64,000 nucleotides of DNA from an uncultured Candidatus Saccharibacteria bacterium. GTDB taxonomy: Bacteria; Patescibacteriota; Minisyncoccia; Phycocordibacterales; Phycocordibacteraceae. Positions 9,466-18,055 of the stretch are shown one piece after another. The first letter of the stretch is position 1. The number at the start of each line of letters is the position of its first letter. The translations under genes were made by a program, and so were the position numbers. The notes under the pieces were generated by a model. That model worked only from the letters and a program-made list of their open reading frames with translations, was not told the DNA's origin and did not search any database. Location of the stretch: the NCBI GenBank assembly GCA_964402535.1, contig CAYOCH010000002.1:6661-70660 (forward strand), given 5' to 3'.

Positions 9466-10689
9466 CTATAGCGAATTCAGTGAGGCTCGCGTCGCCGGAC
9501 CGACGTTGCCCACCTTAGGCAGCCCACGCGCCCCTTGGTAGAGCTTCACGGCAGAGGCCGTCATCGTGCCGAAGTAGCCGGTCGCCGCTGTCCTCAAGTA
9601 GCCGAGCGCGATGAGCCGGTTCTGGAGCGCCGTAACGTCTGCGCCCTGCGAGCCGATTGCAAGATTCTTAGCGAAGCGGTAGTTCGAGGCGCTAGTCGGC
9701 GCGCTTGCCGGAGCTGCGACGTTCGTCGCGGCAGTCGAGGCGTTGCCGGTCGTGTTCGCGACCGGTGTTGTGACCGTCGGCGGCGCGTTCGTGACGAGGA
9801 TAGGCACAGTTGTCGTAGCAGCATTGCCGACCGGGTCGGTTGCGACGACGGCGATCGTGTGGCTGCCGAGGTCTGCGGCCACCGGCTTCCAATAGAATTG
9901 TCCCGAGGTCGTCATGTTGCTCGAAGAGACCGTGGTCGATCCGTTGAACGTGTCGCTCACGGAGAATGTGGTCGAGCTCGCAAAGCCGGTTGCGAGCGAG
10001 CTGAGGGAGAAGGTCGTCCCGACGCCGCCCACGCCTCCGGGCACAAGCGACTTGGTCGTCACCTTGGGGTTGATGACCGTCACCGAGAGCGTCGCCTGCG
10101 CGCTATGGCCGTAGGAGTCGTAGCCGATGATGCGGAGGGCGTGCGTGCCGGTATCGTCAGTGGTCGGTGTCCACGTGAAGACTCCTGCAGATGAGAAGGT
10201 GCCGCTCGAGACGGTGCTGAAGGCGACCGAGTCGTAGACGTTGAAGGTCGGCGTCGAGAACCCGGGTGCGGTCACGGTGAAGGAGAACGGACGGCCAGTC
10301 GCGACCGTCGTGCTCGGCTTCACATCGGTGATGAGGAGAGAATTGCTCGCGACGACGAGGCTGATCGTCGTGGTCGCTGCGTTCTTCATGAGGTCGCTCC
10401 CGACGATCGTGAGATTGTGCACGCCGGCGTCGTAGACGGTCGGCGTCCAGGTGAAGTAGCCGTACTTGTCGAGCGTGCCGACGGTCGCGTTGCTCCCGCT
10501 GAAGGCGTCAGTCAGTTTGAATGTCGCATCCGCGAAGCCGCTCGCGGCGACGTAGAAGGTCGCCTGCGTGCCCGGTGTGATCGCGCCTGGTGAGAATCCT
10601 TGGATAGAAAGCGACTGTGCGCTAACGGAGGAAGGGACAGCAGCGAGTAACGTGAAGAGCGCGGCAAGCGCGAAAGTGTGGTGAGTCAT
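9466..10689 (-). CDS. secreted protein with tandem Ig-like domains and C-terminal peptidoglycan-binding domain
   Basis: Signal peptide; repeated beta-rich modules; C-terminal PG_binding_1-like sequence (…ADVTALQNRLIALGYL…GYFGTMTASAVKLYQGARGL…). Confidence 0.6.
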   Translation of the reverse strand: MTHHTFALAALFTLLAAVPSSVSAQSLSIQGFSPGAITPGTQATFYVAASGFADATFKLTDAFSGSNATVGTLDKYGYFTWTPTVYDAGVHNLTIVGSDLMKNAATTTISLVVASNSLLITDVKPSTTVATGRPFSFTVTAPGFSTPTFNVYDSVAFSTVSSGTFSSAGVFTWTPTTDDTGTHALRIIGYDSYGHSAQATLSVTVINPKVTTKSLVPGGVGGVGTTFSLSSLATGFASSTTFSVSDTFNGSTTVSSSNMTTSGQFYWKPVAADLGSHTIAVVATDPVGNAATTTVPILVTNAPPTVTTPVANTTGNASTAATNVAAPASAPTSASNYRFAKNLAIGSQGADVTALQNRLIALGYLRTAATGYFGTMTASAVKLYQGARGLPKVGNVGPATRASLNSL

Positions 10690-10716
10690 ATATATAGTGT
10701 ACCGTGCTGTGTTTCA

Positions 10717-11088
10717 TCACGGGCCCGCTATATACACTATGTTATCGACCGCGACATATTCTGCGATCTCAGTTCCGATGACACGTACATGCGCGCCGCT
10801 CCACGACGCAAAGTCGAGCGGAGCGCCAGCAGGGAAGATGAGCGTCTTCGCAGCGGTATGCCCGCGTGCGTCGGTGTAAAAGAGGTACGGAACCGCTACG
10901 GCGTTGTTGGGATAGAACGCGATCGTGCCCGTCTCATCGAACGCGCTCGTCGTGGGCTGCCCGGAGAGCACGACGACGCCCTCGATTGGGTAGTGGTGTG
11001 CAAACGGCACGATCCGCACGTAGCCCTGCTCGAGCGCGAACGAGAGCCCAGAGAGAAAGAGGAAGAATATGAAAAGGCGCTGCCACAT
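10717..11088 (-). CDS. hypothetical secreted protein
   Basis: 123 aa with an N-terminal signal-like segment. Confidence 0.4.
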   Translation of the reverse strand: MWQRLFIFFLFLSGLSFALEQGYVRIVPFAHHYPIEGVVVLSGQPTTSAFDETGTIAFYPNNAVAVPYLFYTDARGHTAAKTLIFPAGAPLDFASWSGAHVRVIGTEIAEYVAVDNIVYIAGP

Positions 11089-11142
11089 CCATTCCAGACG
11101 CGGCAGCGCTGCCCTCCTTACGCGTATTTCGTCAGCGGCTAG

Positions 11143-11493
11143 CTACATCTCGCCCGGCTGCATCATCTCGGTGACGTCGATATAGGCCGTGGGGATCCGC
11201 AGATGCGGGTGACTGGTGAACGCCTTAGCGGCGTCGTCCTGAGACGCGGCTTCGACGACGCCGTACCAGTTCAGGTCGTTGCGATAGTTGTTGACGCCGT
11301 TACTCGTGACCCGCCGCGTCTTGCCGAGCCCGGAGCCGGTCTCTGCGAAGAGCGCCTTGTGCTCCGCCATCCAGGCGTTCCAATCGCGCATCATCTCGTC
11401 TGACTGCTGCTTGCGCTTATCGGGCTCGGTCATAGAGAGCCACACGTCGACGGCGGCGGCTGGGATGCAGAACGTGACGAGGAATTTTTTCAT
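11143..11493 (-). CDS. hypothetical protein
   Basis: 116-aa ORF with an N-terminal hydrophobic segment. Confidence 0.4.
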   Translation of the reverse strand: MKKFLVTFCIPAAAVDVWLSMTEPDKRKQQSDEMMRDWNAWMAEHKALFAETGSGLGKTRRVTSNGVNNYRNDLNWYGVVEAASQDDAAKAFTSHPHLRIPTAYIDVTEMMQPGEM

Positions 11494-11599
11494 GGATGTA
11501 TGGTTATGGTTTCTCTATATACGTTACTGGCGGCACATGAATTTCTCATGATGCCTGAGGCGAAGTTGTGCACACCCGGCAGGTCTTCACGGTGTCTTT

Positions 11600-11613
11600 A
11601 GAACGTTCGTTCT
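11600..11613 (+). promoter_or_regulatory. LexA (SOS) box, Cheo/GAAC-N4-GTTC type
   Basis: AGAACGTTCGTTCT followed by a TATACT -10-like box ~7 nt before the lexA ATG, suggesting a leaderless transcript. Confidence 0.6.
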
Positions 11614-11627
11614 AGTATACTGTGCGT

Positions 11628-12191
11628 ATGGACAAGCCGCAGGAAAAGCTCGCCAATTTCTACCGAACGCACAAGCGGATGCCCTCGTATGCCGAGGTCG
11701 CGAAGCTTTTGGGCTACAAGACCAAGAGCGCAGCGGCCTACGCGGTCGGCAAGATGCTCGAGGCGGGCGTCGTCGCTAAAGATGCGACCGGCCGCCTCTT
11801 GCCCGGGGAGCTTCTTGGCGGCGCGAAGCTCTTTGGGCTCGTCGAGGCAGGCTTCCCCTCGGCAGCTGAAGAGGAGCTCCTCGACGTGATGGACTTCGAC
11901 GAATACCTCACGCCGAACAAGGAGTCGAGCTACATCTTGAAGGTGAAGGGCGACTCGATGATCGACGCCGGCATCCAGGAGGGGGACATGGTGATCGTCG
12001 AGCGGCGACAGACCTACAAGCCCGGGCAGATCGTCATCGCCTCGGTCGACGGCGAGTACACGATCAAGTACCTCCGCAAGATCCGCGACCACTACTACCT
12101 CGAACCGGCGAACGAGAAGTACAAGCCGATATTCCCGAAGGGGCAGCTCACCGTCGAGGCGGTCGTCACGGCCGTCGTGCGCAAGTATTGA
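11628..12191 (+). CDS. lexA: LexA repressor
   Basis: N-terminal winged HTH; C-terminal S24 peptidase with Ser (KGDSM) and Lys (YKPGQIV) motifs. The track start is GTG at 11622; the ATG at 11628 is preferred. Confidence 0.85.
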   Translation: MDKPQEKLANFYRTHKRMPSYAEVAKLLGYKTKSAAAYAVGKMLEAGVVAKDATGRLLPGELLGGAKLFGLVEAGFPSAAEEELLDVMDFDEYLTPNKESSYILKVKGDSMIDAGIQEGDMVIVERRQTYKPGQIVIASVDGEYTIKYLRKIRDHYYLEPANEKYKPIFPKGQLTVEAVVTAVVRKY

Positions 12192-13501
12192 GTATGGCCT
12201 GGGGCGGCCCACGTTCGTTCCCGCGCGCCATCCTCCACGTCGACGGCGACTCGTTCTTCGCCTCGTGCGAGGTGGCGAAGGACCCGACCCTGCGCGGCAA
12301 GGTCGTCGTGACCGGCAAGGAGCGTGGCATCGTCTCGGCCGTGAGCTACGAGGGCAAGGAGCTCGGCATCAAGCGCGGCGTCGCGCTCCACGACGTGAAG
12401 AAGATATGCCCAGACGCGATCATCCTCCCCTCTGACTACGAGACCTACAGCCTCTTCTCGGAGCGCATGTACGCGATCGTCCGCCGTTATACGAGCGCGG
12501 TCGAGGAGTACAGCATCGACGAATGCTTCGCCGACCTCACGGGGCTCCGGCGGCCGCTCCGACTATCGTATCGAGAGATCGCCGAGCGCATCAAGCACGA
12601 GCTCGACACCGAGCTCGGGATGACCTTCTCGATCGGCGTTGCGGCGACGAAAACATTGGCCAAGGTCGGCTCGAAATGGAAGAAGCCCTCCGGGCTCACG
12701 CTCATCCCGCTCCGCGATGCGCCGACATTCCTCGCCGCGCTCCCGGTGGGAGCGGTGTGGGGGATCGGACCGCAGACGACCGCGTTGCTTGCGAGCCACG
12801 GTATCCGCACCGCCGGCGCATTTGCTGCAAAAGACGAGGCGTGGGTACGCGCGCGCGTCTCGAAGCCGTTCGTCGAGACGTGGCAGGAGCTGAACGGCGT
12901 CGTCGCGAACGAGCTCGACGTCACGGGGCGCGAGACCTACCAGTCGATCAGCAAGACCAAGACCTTCACGCCGCCCTCAAGCGACCCGGCGTTCGTCTTC
13001 GCCCAGCTCTCGAAGAATGTCGAGAACGCGTGCATCAAGGCGCGGCGGTGGGGGCTCGTGGCGCCGGCGGCCTTCTTCTTCTTAAAGACGCAGGACTTCC
13101 GCTATCACGGCTACGAGGTCGGGCTGCCGTTCCCGACCAACAATCCGCTCGACATCCTGAATGAGCTCCGGCCGTATTTCATCAAAGCGTTCCGCAAGAA
13201 CGTGCTTTATCGCACGACGGGCGTGACGCTCGTCAATCTCGCCGAGGAGGGGACGCTGCAGCTCGATCTCTTCGGACGCGTAGGGAAGTCATCGGGCATC
13301 GCGCGCGTCTTCGAGAGCACCGATGCGCTCGCGGAGCGCTACGGCAAGCACGTCGTGTATCTCGGCTCGAGCTTCGCCGCGATGACGCACGCCGCACACC
13401 AGAACGAGCGCGGCGACGCTGCAGCGCGCACCACGCAGCTCTTCAAGGGCGAGTCGACGCGCCGCCGTCTCGCGATCCCGATGCTCGGCGAGGTGCGGTA
13501 G
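12188..13501 (+). CDS. dinB: Y-family DNA polymerase IV
   Basis: ILHVDGDSFFASCE, SIDECFADLTG, …IGVAATKTLAKV…; overlaps the lexA stop (operon). Confidence 0.85.
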   Translation: MSMAWGGPRSFPRAILHVDGDSFFASCEVAKDPTLRGKVVVTGKERGIVSAVSYEGKELGIKRGVALHDVKKICPDAIILPSDYETYSLFSERMYAIVRRYTSAVEEYSIDECFADLTGLRRPLRLSYREIAERIKHELDTELGMTFSIGVAATKTLAKVGSKWKKPSGLTLIPLRDAPTFLAALPVGAVWGIGPQTTALLASHGIRTAGAFAAKDEAWVRARVSKPFVETWQELNGVVANELDVTGRETYQSISKTKTFTPPSSDPAFVFAQLSKNVENACIKARRWGLVAPAAFFFLKTQDFRYHGYEVGLPFPTNNPLDILNELRPYFIKAFRKNVLYRTTGVTLVNLAEEGTLQLDLFGRVGKSSGIARVFESTDALAERYGKHVVYLGSSFAAMTHAAHQNERGDAAARTTQLFKGESTRRRLAIPMLGEVR

Positions 13502-13569
13502 CGGAGGGGGGTGTGGAATCCCCACCTTGCATCCTGCCGGACGTGCTATCCTGCGCTTCACTGCCCGAT

Positions 13570-14595
13570 ATGGAAAAGAGCGTCCTAATCGCCCTGCTCT
13601 TCATTCCGATCGCCCTCGTCGGACTCGTCCTATCGATTCAGGGGACGGTTACCGGGTCACAGCGGTTCATGGCGGACGCGCTTGCGGCGCTCGGCCCCGC
13701 AGCAAGCTCGACCGCGGTCACGGCTGATGCGACCACGACGCCGACACTCACGGATGTCCTGCGCCAGCTGCAGCTCCAGGAAGTCTTCCTCACCCGCGAG
13801 CTCGCGAGCGTCGAAGTGAAGCTGAAGCGGATGGCCTCGACGACCCGAGAGCTGCGCCGCGGCGAGTCGGGAGACGACGTTGTCGCGCTCCAGGCGCTCC
13901 TCGTGCGGCTCGGGGTCGCCTCGACCACGGCATCGACGACGCCGACCGGCTACTTCGGCAAGGCGACCGAGCAGGCGGTGCAGGCGTTCCAGGCGAGCCA
14001 GGGGTTGAAGGCGAGCGGCGTCGTCGACGCTGCGACGCGCGCAGCATTCTCGAGCATGCAGCCGGACGGCGCGAGCCAGACCTTCGATTTCACCCCCATC
14101 GACCTTGCGGGCGTTCCAGCGCTCGAGACGAGCGGCACGCTCGCGTGGATGCAAGGACAGATCTCGCAGCTCGAGCTCGATTCCGGCAACGCGCAGTCGA
14201 GCCTCTCTGACCTGCAGGGACAGGTGTCGGGGCTCTCGTCACAGGTGTCAGACCTGCAGGCATCGGTCAGTTCGGCGCCGATACCGGCCGGACCGACGAC
14301 CCCGCCCGCGCTCGCGATCTCAAATGTCGCAGTCGCGACGACCACCAAATCGTCGGCAACGATCACGTGGACGACCACCAACCCGGCGACCTCGATCGTG
14401 AATTATTCGACGAGCTCGTCGCTCTCGCCGTCGCAGACGAAGTCGATCACGAACACGAGCATGGTCACGAGCCACTCTGCGACGCTCCCGTCGCTCATTT
14501 CGGCGACGACCTACTACTACCAGGTGTCGTCCACGGACTCCTACGGCGCGACGGCGACCTCGACGACGGCATCGTTCACAACAGCGCATAGTTGA
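13570..14595 (+). CDS. membrane-anchored protein with peptidoglycan-binding domain, coiled coil and C-terminal FN3-like domain
   Basis: TM helix; PG_binding_1-like (…DDVVALQALLVRLGV…GYFGKATEQAVQAFQ…); Ser/Thr-rich FN3-like C-terminus. Start at the internal ATG. Confidence 0.55.
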   Translation: MEKSVLIALLFIPIALVGLVLSIQGTVTGSQRFMADALAALGPAASSTAVTADATTTPTLTDVLRQLQLQEVFLTRELASVEVKLKRMASTTRELRRGESGDDVVALQALLVRLGVASTTASTTPTGYFGKATEQAVQAFQASQGLKASGVVDAATRAAFSSMQPDGASQTFDFTPIDLAGVPALETSGTLAWMQGQISQLELDSGNAQSSLSDLQGQVSGLSSQVSDLQASVSSAPIPAGPTTPPALAISNVAVATTTKSSATITWTTTNPATSIVNYSTSSSLSPSQTKSITNTSMVTSHSATLPSLISATTYYYQVSSTDSYGATATSTTASFTTAHS

Positions 14596-14708
14596 TGCAT
14601 ATACAAAGCAAAAGCCCCCGGAGGCAGGAGGGGCTTGCGGCGTAGTATAAACAGCAACTACGTTGGTCCATACACGACGAACTCAATCCTCGCGTATGGA
14701 TGAAGACG

Positions 14709-14870
14709 TTAGTCTTCGGGGCTCCGGTCGTACTCGGAGAGAGACGGTTTGCGCGGTGAGACGAACCGATCCAGCTGCAGCATCTCGATGAGATGCAGAT
14801 AGGCCAGAAGGTTGTTGCCGTACAGCGCCGGGTCTTCCTCGTACGTCGGGAGCTCATGACGATGGCTCAT
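14709..14870 (-). CDS. small hypothetical protein (53 aa)
   Basis: ATG preceded by GGAGAA RBS (MSHRHELPTYEEDPALYGNNLLAYLHLIEMLQLDRF…); absent from the track (<60 aa). Confidence 0.3.
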   Translation of the reverse strand: MSHRHELPTYEEDPALYGNNLLAYLHLIEMLQLDRFVSPRKPSLSEYDRSPED

Positions 14871-14964
14871 GGTTTTCTCCTAGGGTGTTGCGCCTCCTAA
14901 GAGAACGAAAGTGCTTCGTTCTGGTATCCGATACTACCGCACTTTCATGGATATGGAAATGGGT

Positions 14965-15441
14965 TCAGGCCGCCTCAAGCGTGCGCACGTCGAGCTTGTT
15001 CATCGTGAGCATCGCGGCGAAGACGCGCTTGCCGCGCTCGGTGTCGGGCGAGTTCATGAGCTCGGCGAGCACGGTCGGGACGATATTCCACGAGATGCCG
15101 TACTTGTCGGTGAGCCAGCCGCAGGGCAGCTCTTTGCCGCCCTCAGAGAGCTTGTCCCACAGGTGGTCGATCTCACCCTGGTCCTCGCAGTTGACGAAGA
15201 ACTAGAAGCCCTGCGCGGTGGCGAACGGCGTCTCGCCCGGTCCGACGTTGTCGAGCATCATGTAGTCTTCGCCGTTCAGCGTGAAGGTGACCATCATCAC
15301 CGAACCTTTCGGCCCCGGGCCCATGTCGCCGTAGCGGCTCACATTCATAATGCGCGAATTTGGGAATATCGACACGTAGAACTGCGCAGCCTCCTCTGTT
15401 TGCTCTCGATTCATCCAAATCAGCGGGTTGATTGCTTTCAT
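14965..15441 (-). pseudogene. VOC/PhnB-like (3-demethylubiquinone-9 3-methyltransferase-domain) gene interrupted by in-frame TAG
   Basis: N-terminal 79 aa (…MVTFTLNGEDYMMLDNVGPGETPFATAQGF) stops at TAG 15202-15204. The same frame continues FFVNCEDQGEIDHLWDKLSEGGKELPCGWLTDKYGISWNIVP…, the conserved C-half of this family. Confidence 0.6.
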
Positions 15442-15592
15442 CGCGCCATTGTACCGGCCGGAAAGTGAAGAGGAGGTGAGTAGGGATCGGTCTTGTGCAT
15501 AAAAAGCCGCCGGATTCGTCTCGTGCCGTTCATGAAAACCATAGCGATGCTGTGGTAGCGTCGCACTCGATTACCAGCCTCATGCACGGACC

Positions 15593-15802
15593 ATGACTAC
15601 ACTATGGATAGCGGATTGTTCGCGGTTCCCGAGCGAGAATAATTGCGACATCGTGATCAGCGGCACACGCCGCGACGAGGTCGCGCGGGCGGCGATGGAT
15701 CACGCGGTCGGGACGCACAAGCACGACCGCGACGAGGGCGGGCTCTACGAGAGCATCCGCGAGAGCCTCGAGGAGCGCGTCGTCGAGACCTCGCCGGCGT
15801 GA
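15593..15802 (+). CDS. DUF1059-family small protein
   Basis: 69 aa; CSRFPSENNCD…AMDHAVGTHKH matches the DUF1059 pattern. Confidence 0.55.
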   Translation: MTTLWIADCSRFPSENNCDIVISGTRRDEVARAAMDHAVGTHKHDRDEGGLYESIRESLEERVVETSPA

Positions 15803-15816
15803 TGCGTCAGCCGGGG

Positions 15817-16011
15817 CTACTTGGTTAGCGCCTTGAGGAACCGGTACACGACGTGCGGCGCCCAGATCAGGAAGCTCGCGAAGCCGATGATGAAGAATGT
15901 CGGGATGAGCTTCACGGGCAGCACGCCCTCTGCCCAGATATTCGTGAGCGCCGTCGCGGCGGTGAGGAGCATGAAGGTCCAGAAGAGCCGCAGGGTGATT
16001 TTCTCGGTCAT
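15817..16011 (-). CDS. small membrane protein
   Basis: 64 aa with two hydrophobic helices. Confidence 0.35.
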   Translation of the reverse strand: MTEKITLRLFWTFMLLTAATALTNIWAEGVLPVKLIPTFFIIGFASFLIWAPHVVYRFLKALTK

Positions 16012-16263
16012 TACTGTCTATAACTCGATAAGCAGGTAAGACGTTGCACGTGGAATGTATACTGAAGCCATGAGTAAAAATATGATCATCGCAATCGTGG
16101 TTGTCGTGCTCGTTGTCATCGCAGGGGCGTTTTACTTTTTGGCAGTCGTCACGCACTGAGACGACAGGGAACAATGCCGCTGCCGGCTCGACAATGCCGA
16201 CCGGGACTGACAACGGCCTGCCGGCGAGCGATAACGCAGCGCGGTAAATTCGCAGTCTCGTTC

Positions 16264-16299
16264 TAAAACACAAAGAGCCCTGCACAGGGCTCTTTGTGT
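16264..16299 (-). terminator. intrinsic terminator (minus strand)
   Basis: 14-bp stem acacaaagagccctg/cagggctctttgtgt followed on the minus strand by TTTTAGAA; lies just after a 50-aa minus-strand small ORF (16303..16455). Confidence 0.45.
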
Positions 16300-16523
16300 C
16301 CCTAGGCCTTCTTTGAAAGCGAGTCGATCGCGAGGGAGGCAAGTCCGATGCCCAGGAGGGATTCGACGCTTGATGTAGCGCCGCTCAAGATGCTTATGAC
16401 TACTGCAGCGACGCCCATCGCAAGTGCCAGAGCTCGAAAGATGATGTGTTGCATGGTTTCAGTATAGGATATTTTCTGAAGGTGAGGTGGAAGTCAGCTC
16501 CGCGTTCGTGAATTCTCCCAAAT

Positions 16524-16556
16524 CCGAAAATGCCTTAGATAAGGCTTCTTTTTCGG
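16524..16556 (-). terminator. hairpin terminator downstream of the tRNA-Asn gene
   Basis: ccgaaaa-tgccttagataaggc-ttctttttcgg; A/T runs on both sides. Confidence 0.4.
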
Positions 16557-16569
16557 ACGGTATATTATC

Positions 16570-16874
16570 GAACAATCTGCTCCGGCGGTAGGACTCGAAC
16601 CTACAACCAACGCCTTACACGTGTCCTCTGATTACTCAAAGGGGTGGACTATATCATCACCGGATCTCGGTGCGAGGCGCTTCGTACCTTTCGGCACTAC
16701 TCCCGTGCGGGATAGTCTCTGAACCTTCACGGCGCCGTTCTTGCGAATGTGCCGCGCTTGGCTGCTGATTGCCCTCGTCTTGCTCGTTCGGGGTTCCAGC
16801 AATTCACCTCGTTATTCGACTCGAATTCCTTCGAGAAGCTGCGTTAAGCCACAGGGCGCTGCTCTACCATTGAG
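16570..16874 (-). tRNA. tRNA-Asn (GUU) interrupted by a group I intron in the anticodon loop
   Basis: 5' exon TCCGGTGTAGCTCAATGGTAGAGCAGCGCCCTGT (16841-16874). 3' exon TAAGGCGTTGGTTGTAGGTTCGAGTCCTACCGCCGGAG (16570-16607). Spliced product folds as a canonical cloverleaf with anticodon loop CUGUUAA and discriminator G73. Confidence 0.8.
16608..16840 (-). ncRNA. group I self-splicing intron (233 nt) inserted between anticodon positions 35 and 36
   Basis: Conserved P (AATTGCTGGAA), Q (AATCAGCAGC), R (GTTCAGAGACTATCC) and S (TGATATAGTCC) elements in canonical order. R/S can form P7. Intron begins after exon U and ends with G. CUGU/GCAG can form P1. Confidence 0.8.
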
Positions 16875-16959
16875 CTACACCGGAATATGTCGCTCTCCTT
16901 GCGGAGAGCTAGAAGCATATTAACCGAAAATTGGGGCGCTGCAATGGTACAGTTAGGCC

Positions 16960-17442
16960 ATGAGCGCGTTCACCCTCACGAGCCCGGCGTTTCGGGACGG
17001 CGAGCGGATCCCGTCCACATATACGTGCGACGGGAGCAGGGAGTTGTCGCCGCCCCTTGAGATCGCGGGCGTGCCAGAGGGGACGAAGTCGCTCGTCCTC
17101 CTCATGGACGATCCGGATATCCCGCAGGAGGTCAAAGAGATGCACAAGATTGAGGTGTTCGATCATTGGGTGGTCTACAACATCCCGCCAGGCACGACGC
17201 GGATCCCCGAGGGCGCTACGCTAGGCGCTCGCGGCCTGAATGGCGCCGGCAAGCCAGGCTACACCGGCCCTTGCCCGCCGCCGCACTATGAGCCGCGGGA
17301 GCATCGCTACATCTTCGTCCTCTACGCGCTCTCGCGCGGGCTCTCGTTCGACAATCCGCCGACGAAGCAGCAGGTGCTCGACGCGCTCCAACCGTGTCTT
17401 ATCGACAAGACGCAACTCATCGGCCGCTATTCGCGGGCCTGA
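16960..17442 (+). CDS. PEBP-family protein (YbhB/YbcL-like)
   Basis: …SPAFRDGERIP…TCDG…SPPLEI…SLVLLMDDPD…HWVVYNIPP…GPCPP…HRYIFVLYAL. Confidence 0.75.
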   Translation: MSAFTLTSPAFRDGERIPSTYTCDGSRELSPPLEIAGVPEGTKSLVLLMDDPDIPQEVKEMHKIEVFDHWVVYNIPPGTTRIPEGATLGARGLNGAGKPGYTGPCPPPHYEPREHRYIFVLYALSRGLSFDNPPTKQQVLDALQPCLIDKTQLIGRYSRA

Positions 17443-17449
17443 ACCGGAT

Positions 17450-17668
17450 ATGTATATAAAGGTGTTTGTCACGCCGGACGCAAAGCGGGAGAGGGTCGAG
17501 GAGAAGGGCGAGACGCTCCTCATCTCTGTCCGCGAGCCCGCGACCCAGAACCGCGCGAACGACCGCGTCCGCGAGATCATCGCGCTCCGCACCGGACGGC
17601 CGCTCGGCAAGGTGCGTATCCTGACAGGGCACCGCAGCAGGAGTAAAATGATAAGTATTAGTAGCTGA
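17450..17668 (+). CDS. DUF167/YggU-family protein
   Basis: 72 aa from the internal ATG (MYIKVFVTPDAKRERVEEKGETLLISVREPATQNRANDRVREIIA…); the track ORF is N-extended. Confidence 0.55.
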   Translation: MYIKVFVTPDAKRERVEEKGETLLISVREPATQNRANDRVREIIALRTGRPLGKVRILTGHRSRSKMISISS

Positions 17669-17678
17669 CGTCTCGGAT

Positions 17679-18041
17679 ATGAATATCACCATCAAAGCGA
17701 CGAAGTATCAGCTAACCCCCGGCACGGCTGCGATCCTCGAAGAGAAGCTCGCGGCGCCGCTGCGCCTCCTCGGCGAGAAGGGGGAGAATGCCTTGCTCGA
17801 GGTCGAGGTGCAAGAGGCGCCGCCCGAGGGTCGCTCGTCAGAGCCCTGCCGCCTCGTCGCTCGGCTCATCGTCGACAACGACGTCTACCACGCCGAAGCG
17901 GTCAAGCCGACGCCGCAGTCTGCCGCCGATCGCGTGCGGGGCGAGCTTGAGGCAGAGATCCGCCGCTCACGCGGCCGCGCGCGCAAGTTCTTCAAGCGCG
18001 GCACCTCAGCGATCAAGAACATGCTCCGCTTCGGGCGCTAG
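17679..18041 (+). CDS. hpf: ribosome hibernation-promoting factor (RaiA/HPF, S30AE family)
   Basis: MNITIKATKYQLTPGTAAILEEKL…LEVEVQEA… matches S30AE topology. Confidence 0.65.
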   Translation: MNITIKATKYQLTPGTAAILEEKLAAPLRLLGEKGENALLEVEVQEAPPEGRSSEPCRLVARLIVDNDVYHAEAVKPTPQSAADRVRGELEAEIRRSRGRARKFFKRGTSAIKNMLRFGR

Positions 18042-18055
18042 TTGCGCGCGATTTA

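Noticed and set aside
14576-14857. 93-aa ORF 14576..14857(-) from the track
   Set aside because: Cys/Ser/Arg-rich with no start context. A different frame on the same strand holds a 53-aa ORF with a strong GGAGAA RBS (14709..14870), which is preferred.
16570-16651. Apparent second tRNA with long variable arm (or a tmRNA) at the 3' end of the intron region
   Set aside because: The 'D-arm' GATGATATAGTCC is the group I intron S element. Only the last 38 nt (16570-16607) are tRNA exon. The spliced tRNA-Asn is canonical, and there is no tmRNA tag ORF or pseudoknots.
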